A stretch of 64,000 nt of DNA from an uncultured virus (IMG/VR IMGVR_UViG_3300013902_000010) (Duplodnaviria > Heunggongvirae > Uroviricota > Caudoviricetes). Both the position numbers and the translations under genes were made by a program. Below are positions 8,526 through 18,600 of this stretch, in pieces (position 1 is the first letter of the stretch; each line of letters begins with the position of its first letter). The notes beneath the pieces are model-generated. The model worked only from the letters and a program-made list of their open reading frames with translations, was not told where the DNA came from and did no database searches. The stretch is from positions 1-64,000 of the IMG/VR virus record IMGVR_UViG_3300013902_000010. One strand, given 5' to 3'.

Positions 8526-8667
8526 AATTCAAATGTTTTAATTCGTCATTCTCGCAAGGATGCCAAGCGAGAGTGTACCTTTTTATCGTTTTTTCTTTAT
8601 TGTATCTTTTTTATTTGCTTACTTGCTCGCTTGGAGATTACCTTCCTTGCTTGCGTTTCTTGTTGTT

Positions 8668-8688
8668 AGGGCGGCGAAAAGCCGCCCT
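8668..8688 (-). promoter_or_regulatory. GC-rich stem-loop downstream of VR (candidate DGR homing hairpin)
   Basis: AGGGCGGC-GAAAA-GCCGCCCT: 8-bp perfect stem, 17 nt beyond the target stop codon. Confidence 0.8.
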
Positions 8689-8705
8689 TGGGGAAAGATT
8701 TAGGC

Positions 8706-11700
8706 CTACAGCCTAAATGCGGCGACAGGACGAACAAGATAACTATCAGACTTGCTGCTGAGGTTGTGGACCTGCCCACTGACTGGATTGATACTCCAAG
8801 AACTATAAGCGGAATACTCCGAGGCGGACCAGTACCAGCTATTGCTTGGTTTCTGGAACTTACCATCAATAGTATAAGCCTTGGCAAAGATGTTGTTAGC
8901 CTGTCCTACCGTATATCCCTGCTTATGATACCAAGAGAACCTTGACATCTCGCCGATGGAAGGCAAGAACCAACGCCCTTCGCCAAACCGCTCATCCAAG
9001 GTCTCGTCATCCCTAACTTTAGGCACGTAGGCATTGCAATAGCTTGCAGCAGGGTAATAATACTGTTGGTACTTCTGCGCATTGCTGTGGATTGCCATAA
9101 CCGCTGATATGCAGCTTGCGAGGTTCTGCGCCAAGGTCTGTTCGGAAGTTCGTTTGGGAACAGGCAAATTCACCTTGCTGTCCTGCAATATCTTGTCTCG
9201 GTGGGCAATGATGTACAAGGTGTATAGCTGTCCTCTCGCTATCTTATCTCCGACAGACAAGCCAACGGCATCAAGATACTCGCCAAAAATCTTGTTGTCC
9301 TTTCCCACAACTTGATTGTACATGACATCCGTAATCTCATCAAACCCGATGTCACTGATAGAGTTGAGGGCAGTGCCATAGTCCTTGAATCCGTCATTGT
9401 CGGTGTTGCTCTCATCACGCATCACGGAATCGGACACGTTGTAGCCAGTCGTAAAGTTAGGAAGCCTGTTCAAGTCATAGACGCTATAGGAGGGGTCGTC
9501 GCCAAGCGTGATTCCACTCATGCCGTTGTTTGCGTCAGAAGAGTTGTACAATCCCCACACACGACTGCTGTAGTCTGACAAGGCTATGCACATCGCCCAC
9601 TTTCGATTCTTCGGCTCTATATAAAAGACGATGCCGATAGGAGAGGAGGCAGACAGACTTAGGTCATTGCCATACGTTCCATCGGAGAAGACATAATCGC
9701 CCAGCTGTACCTGATAGGCATAGAAATAAATCTCCGTTGAAGCCTCCAAGGCCTTGCCGCTGGATAGTTGCAGTGTGACTGTCACGGTCGCCTTGTCATC
9801 ATTCTCACGGCTACCAACCTCAGAAACACTAATCACACCTGTCTTCTGGTCGATGGTGGCAAATGCGTTGTCGCTCATCTTCCATGACACATACACGATG
9901 TCGTTGCCGTTGGATGGGGAAGTGGATAGCTTCAAGGTATAGTTCCCATCAGATGCAAAGTAACGGTTTCCTTTCAAGGACGCACTCGTTATCCCCACCT
10001 TGGTGTAGGTCACATAGAGGCTGTTATCCTCATCGTCGATGTTCCCCCACATACCCACCATGCGCATCTTCAAGGTAGCATCCACGCTCACGCTCTCAGA
10101 GAGGGTAATCCTGCCTGTCAGCTTGGCTTGCTTGTCGAGCAGCCAGGAAAGCGTGTCAGCCGCCACGTCCGTCCAATCCACTCCAAGAATGGTGAGCTTG
10201 GAGAGGTTCTTGCTGTCCTTGATTTTCCCGATGATGTCGAGCGCACTGATGTTAGGACAGGTCTCTTGGTTGATATAGACGGTTTGCAAATTGGAATATC
10301 CCTCCAAGGAAATCTCCGTCAAGCCACGCTGACCGTTGAGTGTAAGGTTAGTCATCGTGGAAGGGAGCTTCACTGACTTCAAGAACTCCTGTGTAGGCAA
10401 GGAGACTCCCGTAAGCGAAGTTCCACGAGCGTCAAGAGACTCCAGCCTTACGTTGTTCGACACATCAATCGTTCCTGTCAAGGAGAAAATGTTATGCACG
10501 TCCATCGTGCGAAGAGCCTTCATCGCCCCTACCGTCATGGAGGTCGCCTTCAAGTGTATGTCACTCTTGTTGTCAGTACCTGCTATAAGTTTCCTCACAC
10601 GGCTACCATTGAAAGCAAAGGTCTCGTTGGCTGGCTTGTCGTACCATGTGCCGATGTCGCTCATGTAGTTCACGCCACATACGATGTTCTGCGTGTTGCT
10701 GTCCGTGACACCCGACACTGAAACCTGCTCCCCAGCCTTCACACGCTTACCATCAAGAATGGTGCTTTGTCCGATGGTCACGACAGGGTAGAGCCACATC
10801 GCCATCGTTAGGTCGAACCTCACTTCCATCTGCTCGGTGGAGCGGTAGTTGATGTTTCCTCCCGATGGACTCGCAGGGTCAAACTCACCGTACTTGGCGT
10901 AGCTACTCATATAGACAGTCCTGTCTCTCATCCATTGTCTCTCGCCTTCCTCCTGGCTACCGAGCGACTGCGTGATAGGGTCGGTGTCGTTGTTGTAGTT
11001 GCCATTCACCATCTGGTAGTGGGCATACTCATATCCTATTCTCGCAAACTCGTTGTAAGCCACGGCAGGAAAATACTTGTTGGTTGAAAGGAAGTACTTC
11101 TCCCAACAGCCCTCCACCGTGCCACCGCCCAGCTTCGCCATGGCAGAGAGGATTTCCTTCATGGTGGAGCGCAAGTCAGCCACAAAGCACTCCTCCATCA
11201 AGTTGTAGAGCACGTTGTCCTCGCCGTTCCAGTAGTTCTTACCAAGCGTCTCGTCGAAGTCATGTTCCTCCACCCAATACGGCTTGGTCAGCTTTCCCTG
11301 GTTGTCGAAAGGCAAGATGGAATCCAAGTCGTCTTGAAACGCACGGATGAGGGATGTCGAGTTGAACACCCAGAAGTAGGTGTTTTTCGCTCTGTTGTCG
11401 CAAGCCGCCAGCAACTTCATCATGCACATGAAGAAGAGAATGTCCTTCTTGTGGAAGTACTTGCCCACCTTGTCGGCAAACTCCGCACGGCGAGCCTTTA
11501 TGAAGTCCTCGTTCACCTTGTCCCACTCCAAGTAAGTCTCATGGTTGGTGAAGTCCGAGCCAAGGCGACTCGCTATCTGGTCCTTGACGTTCAAGGTGGC
11601 ATAGCTGCCATCCTCGTTCTTGGTGATACCACCAGCTACCCATGTCTTGTTGATTTCGTCGTAGCGGTACATATCGTAGCGTGCCGAGCCGTTTTCCACC

Positions 11701-14633
11701 TTCGTTACCCAATAGCAATAGCTAATGTCAAGGTCTTTCGATGCCTTTAACTGCGTAAGCGTGCCGTTGAAAGGTTTCAAACGGTTGCTGAGTGAATACA
11801 CGAAGTTGAACGCCTCGATGAACCGTGATATGGTGTCTTGGTTTCCCATGTCGTAGTCCCATGAAGTAGTCCCAGCATACACATAGCCTTCCTCCTCGGA
11901 ATCGTAGTTTACATCGCCAGGAATCCAAGGCACTTGATGCTTCGTAAGTCGTGGGTTGTTGTCAGAGCCCTCTATCATCAGCATGTCAGGCGACTTCTCC
12001 TTGTCGTAGCCGAAGGTAGGCTTGTCAGCCTTGCCCGAGCCAAAAGTGCCCAAGCCGATGAATACAGGATAACTGTCATTCTCCGTCTGCTGAAACACAA
12101 GGAATGGGTCTTCATAGACAGCCACACGGCAATTCTCCATACCCTCTTGGCTTGTAATCTCGTTCTTGCCCACAACCTCTCGGTAAAGGTCATTGTAGAG
12201 CTTGGTCGCACCCATCTTGTGAGACTGTGGAGACGAAGCCCAGTTGCGCTTATCGACGAGCTTCTTAGCCATAGGCAATCCGTCCGCGTTCTGATAGCAT
12301 TGACCGTGGTTCACGCCGTTCTCGTCTTCCCAATAATTGGTTTCTGGGTCTCCCTTGAAGTCACTCTGAATGTTCCAAGTCCAATACTTCTTGGAGGTTG
12401 AGCCTTGTCCCTTGCGTGTCATATTATACAATGTGCCCGAATGCGCAGGGTCTCCAACCTTGTGGATAACGATGTCGCCGACGGTCGATGTTGGTGACTT
12501 CAACGACGGAACGCTGCCCTTATACAGCAACGTATTGTACTTCTCATAAGCCTTGGCATACGAAATCAAGCCACTCTCGCCCAAGATGTCGTTTTCGTTC
12601 TTGAATGCCTTCTTCTCCTCGATTGTAGCGAAAGAGGAAAGGCGGTTTTGGCGAATATCATTGGCAGAGAGGGATTTCTTGTAAATGCGCAAAGCGTAGA
12701 TGTCGATGTCCGCACCTTGTGGAGCAATGACGATTCCGCCAGTCTTCTTGATTCCATTCACGGCTTGCCAGAAGTTGTCGCTGTCCGTATAGACGAACTC
12801 ACGACTGATGATGCCGTTGATGAACACACGCACATAGTTCACGCCTTGGCTGTAGAGGTTAGGCACGATGTTGATTACAACGTGCGTTCTCGTCTCCTTT
12901 GAATATATCCAGTTCTGCGAGCCTTCCACACGTTTCTCCATGGTCATGAAGCAGCTCTCCTGCGCTTTCAGCCAAAAGCCCACCAAGTAATCGTCGGTGG
13001 TCGATTGCGTACCCATCTGCAACAACGTTCCGTTCTCGTCGGTCACGTTTCTTGTGGCAAAGTCCACCTCAATGGAAAGACCCTGCGATGGAGTATCGTC
13101 CGAATAGGCGTCATAGCTGATGTTGATTTTCTCTCCATCAAGCACACGCAAGCAGCGAGCCTTGGTGTTCTCGTCCACGAGCCAACCGTCACTGATGAAA
13201 GACAGTCCCTCGAAGGTAGCCTTCACCTGTTGTCCATTCATGGCGTTCACGATGGTGTTAGGCGCACTCTCGCTGTTGTTTCGGGTCTTAGGGTTCAGAA
13301 AGAAGTCAGCACCCGATGTAGGAGCAAAGTTCTCGCTATTGTCCACCACGACACGCAATGGGTCTCGCAACACCACCTTGTTCGATGTGAACGACATGAA
13401 AGCTGGGAAGTTGGTGTTGTCCTCGGTCTCCACCTCCAAGTCAAAGATGAGCGAGCCTATCACGCCGTTCTGCACATTCTGAATGGTCTCGGAATAGATG
13501 ATATTCTCCGATTCCAAGTTGGTAAGTACAAACGAAATGTCCGTGCTATCAGTGTTCGGGTTGTATATGGCATAGTCAAAAGCCGATACGCTGCTCCAGT
13601 TTTGGAACGTACCCACGTTGTTGACAACCAAGAGTGGGGTGGTATTGCCCGAGAGCGTACACATAATGGTCTGCGACACAGATTCCGTTCTCACGCTGTC
13701 ACCCGACGTAATCCATGCCTCGATAGTGTAGAGACCATGGGCGTTAGGATGGTCGATGTACGCTATGTAAGGTGTCTCCGTATAGGTATCCGTACCGATG
13801 TTGTAATCATAGGTACGAGAATACGTGCCGTCGCCAGAAGCAACCTTCAAGTGCAGCACCTTGCTGATGGTTCCCGTGATATTCAGCGGAATGGAGATTG
13901 TAGCCGAATTAGCCTTGTACTCAAATGGATTCTGCCACTTCGTCTGATAGGTAATCTGAATGTTGGTGAGCGTCACGGTGATGTTCACGTAAGGCGTCTT
14001 CTTGTTCGATGTCTTGCCGATAGCTATCATGCGCACGCTCTGAGTGCCGTCCACGCAATAAGGGGACAGGTCAACCTCGGTGTATGTCGAACCGTCTGAT
14101 GGCTGCGAGCCTATTGATATAGTCCCTGCCACCTTCCACTCGGATGAGTTTTGCATTCGGGTCTCAATCTGCAAGTCCGCCTCCTCGTTCGTGTCGCTCT
14201 TGCTGCCGTCCGATGGGTCGTAGAGCTGTGAGGTGAAGCGAATCTTCGCCACCAAGTCACTCTTCTTGGTCGCCGTGATGGTCCTTTCACCAGCGTTGGT
14301 GAGCTTCACGATGTAGGATGACTCCGCAGAGCCTCCACCGCTGCCCATAGGTATCTCGGCACTTGACAGTAGTAAAAAACCATGGTTATCCTTGTCTTTC
14401 AACCATGTCGTATAAGCTTCCTCGTCTGCAAACAAACCAACCGTTACAAGTCCTGTTGCGGTATCGGTCGATAAAGTATTGATATAGGAGGCTTTTGCGT
14501 TCCTCATCTCTTTGATGAGAAGTGCATCATTTTCCAATGATTTTTGGATAAACTGACGCACACGACTACCCTTATAGTTATTCCATGCAGTCGTGAAGTC
14601 CATGATTTCCTCATCTATGATATTCTTTGCCAT
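8706..14633 (-). CDS. Large tail fibre / receptor-binding protein and DGR target (CotH-like region, LRR-like repeats, Ig-like domain, C-terminal C-type-lectin-fold variable domain)
   Basis: 1975 aa. The C-terminus WFLPSIGEM...YWSASEYS...VRPVAAF is typical of DGR-targeted CLec folds and contains the VR. Also LRR-like LRTMDVHN/LESLDARGT and DNRAKN/DDLDS motifs. Confidence 0.9.
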   Translation of the reverse strand: MAKNIIDEEIMDFTTAWNNYKGSRVRQFIQKSLENDALLIKEMRNAKASYINTLSTDTATGLVTVGLFADEEAYTTWLKDKDNHGFLLLSSAEIPMGSGGGSAESSYIVKLTNAGERTITATKKSDLVAKIRFTSQLYDPSDGSKSDTNEEADLQIETRMQNSSEWKVAGTISIGSQPSDGSTYTEVDLSPYCVDGTQSVRMIAIGKTSNKKTPYVNITVTLTNIQITYQTKWQNPFEYKANSATISIPLNITGTISKVLHLKVASGDGTYSRTYDYNIGTDTYTETPYIAYIDHPNAHGLYTIEAWITSGDSVRTESVSQTIMCTLSGNTTPLLVVNNVGTFQNWSSVSAFDYAIYNPNTDSTDISFVLTNLESENIIYSETIQNVQNGVIGSLIFDLEVETEDNTNFPAFMSFTSNKVVLRDPLRVVVDNSENFAPTSGADFFLNPKTRNNSESAPNTIVNAMNGQQVKATFEGLSFISDGWLVDENTKARCLRVLDGEKINISYDAYSDDTPSQGLSIEVDFATRNVTDENGTLLQMGTQSTTDDYLVGFWLKAQESCFMTMEKRVEGSQNWIYSKETRTHVVINIVPNLYSQGVNYVRVFINGIISREFVYTDSDNFWQAVNGIKKTGGIVIAPQGADIDIYALRIYKKSLSANDIRQNRLSSFATIEEKKAFKNENDILGESGLISYAKAYEKYNTLLYKGSVPSLKSPTSTVGDIVIHKVGDPAHSGTLYNMTRKGQGSTSKKYWTWNIQSDFKGDPETNYWEDENGVNHGQCYQNADGLPMAKKLVDKRNWASSPQSHKMGATKLYNDLYREVVGKNEITSQEGMENCRVAVYEDPFLVFQQTENDSYPVFIGLGTFGSGKADKPTFGYDKEKSPDMLMIEGSDNNPRLTKHQVPWIPGDVNYDSEEEGYVYAGTTSWDYDMGNQDTISRFIEAFNFVYSLSNRLKPFNGTLTQLKASKDLDISYCYWVTKVENGSARYDMYRYDEINKTWVAGGITKNEDGSYATLNVKDQIASRLGSDFTNHETYLEWDKVNEDFIKARRAEFADKVGKYFHKKDILFFMCMMKLLAACDNRAKNTYFWVFNSTSLIRAFQDDLDSILPFDNQGKLTKPYWVEEHDFDETLGKNYWNGEDNVLYNLMEECFVADLRSTMKEILSAMAKLGGGTVEGCWEKYFLSTNKYFPAVAYNEFARIGYEYAHYQMVNGNYNNDTDPITQSLGSQEEGERQWMRDRTVYMSSYAKYGEFDPASPSGGNINYRSTEQMEVRFDLTMAMWLYPVVTIGQSTILDGKRVKAGEQVSVSGVTDSNTQNIVCGVNYMSDIGTWYDKPANETFAFNGSRVRKLIAGTDNKSDIHLKATSMTVGAMKALRTMDVHNIFSLTGTIDVSNNVRLESLDARGTSLTGVSLPTQEFLKSVKLPSTMTNLTLNGQRGLTEISLEGYSNLQTVYINQETCPNISALDIIGKIKDSKNLSKLTILGVDWTDVAADTLSWLLDKQAKLTGRITLSESVSVDATLKMRMVGMWGNIDDEDNSLYVTYTKVGITSASLKGNRYFASDGNYTLKLSTSPSNGNDIVYVSWKMSDNAFATIDQKTGVISVSEVGSRENDDKATVTVTLQLSSGKALEASTEIYFYAYQVQLGDYVFSDGTYGNDLSLSASSPIGIVFYIEPKNRKWAMCIALSDYSSRVWGLYNSSDANNGMSGITLGDDPSYSVYDLNRLPNFTTGYNVSDSVMRDESNTDNDGFKDYGTALNSISDIGFDEITDVMYNQVVGKDNKIFGEYLDAVGLSVGDKIARGQLYTLYIIAHRDKILQDSKVNLPVPKRTSEQTLAQNLASCISAVMAIHSNAQKYQQYYYPAASYCNAYVPKVRDDETLDERFGEGRWFLPSIGEMSRFSWYHKQGYTVGQANNIFAKAYTIDGKFQKPSNSWYWSASEYSAYSSWSINPVSGQVHNLSSKSDSYLVRPVAAFRL
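8719..8827 (-). repeat. DGR variable repeat (VR), 109 bp
   Basis: At the 3' end of the 1975-aa gene. Differs from TR at 11 adenine positions, giving 10 amino-acid changes. Confidence 0.97.
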
Positions 14634-14672
14634 AAACTACGTGTTTTAACATTACAAATTCATTCTTAATAT

Positions 14673-14843
14673 CTAATCTTTCCATGCGTCATCATCCTTC
14701 CATGGTTGGTCATCATCCCAATAGCCCATACCAAAGCAGGAACGAATAGCCTGCCAAACAAGCACTGCGCCCTTATATACCGCACTCACCACCTTCTCGC
14801 CCAAGCGGATGGCGGAAACCTCCTTGTTGTTGATAACTATCAT
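14673..14843 (-). CDS. Small tail-associated protein, 56 aa (not in the ORF track)
   Basis: Manual translation gives MIVINNKEVSAIRLGEKVVSAVYKGAVLVWQAIRSCFGMGYWDDDQPWKDDDAWKD*. It fills the gap between two tail genes. Confidence 0.8.
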   Translation of the reverse strand: MIVINNKEVSAIRLGEKVVSAVYKGAVLVWQAIRSCFGMGYWDDDQPWKDDDAWKD

Positions 14844-14846
14844 AGG

Positions 14847-15665
14847 CTATTCCTCCTCGTAGAGCATATAGTAAGTGTTCGGGTCTTTCGTCGCCAACGC
14901 CTCGTATGCGGTCTCCGTCATGGATATAATCTTGGGGATGGACGATGCCATGCTTTCCACGTTTTTCTCCAAGGTATCTATGCGCCCAACAGCTGTCTCC
15001 AAGTTCTGCTTGTTGGTGTTGGCGGTTGTATTGGCGGCATTAGCCTTAGCCAATGCGTTGCCTGCGTCCGTAGCCGCCGTGGTTGCCGTGTCCTTGGCTT
15101 CCTTGATAGCAGTGGAGAAATCCACGGAATGCTTCTTCCACTCAGAGCCGTCGTAGTACAGGAAGGCTATTTCGTTCTCTGCCACGGACAGACCGCCGAA
15201 GTTAGTGTAATCGCCCACCTCGGTAGGCAGGTAGAACACCTTGGTCTTGGGAGTACCAGGATTCGTTACCCTCGCCGCAAGTCCGCAATACACCGCACCC
15301 TGCATGAGAGCATCCGCTTTCTCGCCCACGGCTTGCAACGCCTCCTTCGTGGCATAGGTCGAAAGGTCAACACTGATGTTCACCTTGAACGTCTCAGTCG
15401 TGACAGTCCACGTCCCATCCGCCTTGCAGCGATACACAGTATAGTCCGTTCCGCTCCCCACGTAGGCCATCATGCCCTTGTCGGGGTTCGGGTAAGCCGT
15501 CTGCAACTCGGATAGCGATGAGTAGAAACCACAGTTCATCTCCTTCGCCTTACTCGACTCGTCTAGCTCCATGAGCTTCGTCACCACAAGTCCGAAATTG
15601 GTGTCAAGCACCTTGGCCACGTCGCTGAATTTCCCCGATGTCGGGGTCTTGTTAAGTTGTTCCAT
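14847..15665 (-). CDS. Tail fibre-type protein
   Basis: LSELQTAYPNP motif, Ala/Thr coiled coil, and C-terminal MTETAYEALATKDPNTYY motif seen in phage fibre proteins. Confidence 0.75.
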   Translation of the reverse strand: MEQLNKTPTSGKFSDVAKVLDTNFGLVVTKLMELDESSKAKEMNCGFYSSLSELQTAYPNPDKGMMAYVGSGTDYTVYRCKADGTWTVTTETFKVNISVDLSTYATKEALQAVGEKADALMQGAVYCGLAARVTNPGTPKTKVFYLPTEVGDYTNFGGLSVAENEIAFLYYDGSEWKKHSVDFSTAIKEAKDTATTAATDAGNALAKANAANTTANTNKQNLETAVGRIDTLEKNVESMASSIPKIISMTETAYEALATKDPNTYYMLYEEE

Positions 15666-15684
15666 AATATCTTATTTCTTGTTT

Positions 15685-18600
15685 TTACCAATCACGAGGG
15701 CACTTGAATTGAACCCAACAACCATACTCTTTTTTATCCTCATTATGATACATTCCACTTGCAAATATAAGAATCATGGCATCAGAGATACTACCTATGC
15801 CAAGTTCCGTAACTTTCGCTCCTTGGTCAATCATAAAATATGTTTGATGTTCGACACCAGCAGCATCATAATATTTCCCTGCCAAGACTTTTACGGCATT
15901 ATCTTTGCTACCGCCGTTCATACGCTTAATCATCACCATGTGACCATCATCATAAGGGTACATATCTGGAAGTTGATAATCACAATTATAGTCCATCAAC
16001 AAGGCTACATTCACACTTCTGTCAATGACATTGTTGCTTGCTGTAAGTCCTTTCGTCTTCAAAGCCAAACCAGATGTGTAGCCACCGCCAAAACCCAAGG
16101 CACAAGCTTCGCCTTTTTTGTTCTTTACGGAAATAAACGCACCATATCTTGTCAAGATGTCATCGACCTCATCAAGCAATCGCATCAATATAGGTGTGCC
16201 AAACGTACTCCATTGTCCCAAGATAGCTTGTCGATTCTTTCCATTGAACACGATGAAATCGTTCAAGAGAGACATCTTGTCATCCTTGCCATAGCCGATG
16301 TCCTCATTGCCTTCGTCATCTTTCTCCTTCACTACAGCAGTGCCAATGCTACCAGAGTTGATTTCAAACCCTCCAATCGTTCCCTTGGTGGCATTTATCT
16401 CACCTTTGAGCTTAGTGTTTCCGCTTTCGTCAATCTCGAAGTTTCCATTCGGTGACTTAATGGACTTCATGACACCACCCTCGGCGTAGATGATTCCACG
16501 AAGCACGATGTCGTTGAGAATAGCACGCCCCCCATGTGTCACGACGAAATTAGCCATGTTCTTTAGTTCGTCATCCGTAGGCTGGTAAGTAGGGTCATCC
16601 TTGTACTTCTGAATCGTGTAAATGGCTTGCTCCAACGAGCCACCTCCCCAAAGGAACGGAGAGTTGTCATCGTTGTAATATCCGCTCATTCCGCCAGTCT
16701 CCTTGACCATCTTACGGTCACGGAAATTGCCCACCTTGAATTGCTGAGACATGACCAAGCCACCGTCAATGGTCGTAGAACCTTCCGTCATGGCATCGGT
16801 CAAAAACTTCAAATTCTGAAATTCGGACACGCTCTTGTCATTGTCCGAGTAGGCAGGAGACCAAGCAGGGGCGATAGTTCCGTAGGAAAGCATAATCTCA
16901 CAGACGGTACAGCCGTTGCCAGACATGGCGAAAACCTTGTCGGTCGCATTCGCACACTTGACATGAAGCTCGTATCGCTCGAATGTGGAAGTCATATCCA
17001 CGCTGTGCGACTCGCCGCCCACGCTCACCTCCACGGCCGTGCCCTTTCCCTTGAAGGAGAGTACATAGTCCTTGCCTTCGAGCAATGGCTGGGCAAACTC
17101 CTGTGACAAGGTTCCATTTACCAACACAACCTTTCCGCTCGTTGATTCATCGGCATCAATCACAGACGCACCATCCATCTTCCAATACTTCAACTTCTCG
17201 GAATACACCTCCTTGTCATCAGAAATCTCGGTGTCTTCCGATATGTCAACACTCTCGTAGTCTCCACAGAAGGAAGTATTGCGCAAGAGATTTCCACTCT
17301 TGATGTTGAGGTCGTGCAAGTCCTCCTTCTTCGCTATCTCGTCAACAGAAGAGCCGTCGGGCAGGGTGGAGTCCGAGTTGAACACCATCGTACCCTTGAA
17401 GGTCGCCTTCTTGGTCTTCGAGTCATACTTGAAGTAGCCCTGTCCGTCCTTGTCGCCAGTATAGCTATCACCATACACGTTGCAGTGGAACACGCCCAAT
17501 GCGGCATCATATCCCTCGTCCTTGACAACATGGTCAAGAGAGTAGTCGTTGATACCTTGGTAGTACTTCTGGCTTGGTGCATCATTGGAGGTGGCAGAGA
17601 GGATGATGGCCGCCTGCCTGTTGGCTTGGTCGTCGTAGCGATAGCCAAGCTGCACGATGTTGTCGTTCACGGACGGTTCGCTGGTGGTCAAAGGGTCTTT
17701 GTCAACGTTGGATAGCACAATATAGTCCTCGCCAACCTCCACAACCAACCGCCAATAGTACTTGGTCTTCACGAACTCATGCGTACCCTCGGAAATGCCA
17801 AATTGCTGACACCTCGCCTGGTCGCCCACCATAAACTCATTGTAAGCCTTTTTCTCTCCCTTGGTATCGGTCGTGTCGAAGTAGCACTTGTACTTATTAG
17901 GCTCGGTGGTGTCATCGTCCGTCAACACATTACCATTCGCATCAAGCCGTTCCACCTTGCTCACCTGCATGGCGGCAGGCGTAATGGCAAGCTCACCGCC
18001 GATATAACGCAATTCGTGGATGGTGATGCTGCGGAAGTCAGCCGCCCTGCGGATGGTGATATAGTCAAACTCGGCGATGGATGTACCGTCCTGCTTGACT
18101 GAAATCTGAGCACCCGTAGAGTCAGCCTGGTAGTGACCAAACTTTGCAGAAACAGGTTTGTCAACTTCACCTACTTGCACATCACCTTTAACGACCAATG
18201 CTGACAAACGAGCAATACCATCCTTGGTAATTTCCCAAAGTTTGTCCGCTCCAAACTTAATGCCAGAAAGGAACGTTATAACTCCACTTGCTTCATCATC
18301 CTTATCTTTTGCAAGGAAATGCTTTACGCCAAACTGCCCAAGGTACTGCGGTGTCACCACCTTTTCTTGACTAGTCTCGATAGTATTTTCATCGGCAATA
18401 CCGTTCAATTCTTTACCACCAAGAATAAGCTTAGTAATATTAGCTACTTTAGCTGATAAAGAATCAAACGTAGCTTTTAAGATTGTCTTTAAGAAAGTAA
18501 CAGAATCACTAACCGAATTATATTGCCACCAACTACCTTCCCCACCACTTGCCAAGGCTTCATCGGTAGCAAGAGAACCGCAGTTGAAGTTTTGTTTCCA

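Noticed and set aside
5823..8710. TAGGCCTACA at 5823-5832 and 8701-8710, flanking the avd-RT-DUF4376 block, as a target-site duplication
   Set aside because: A single, largely palindromic 10-mer with no recombinase nearby cannot be separated from chance.
13005..14099. Long plus-strand ORFs (also 14706-15515, 15571-16455, 45873-46613, 47575-48363 and 59884-60699)
   Set aside because: These are antisense shadows of well-supported minus-strand genes and carry no recognisable motifs.
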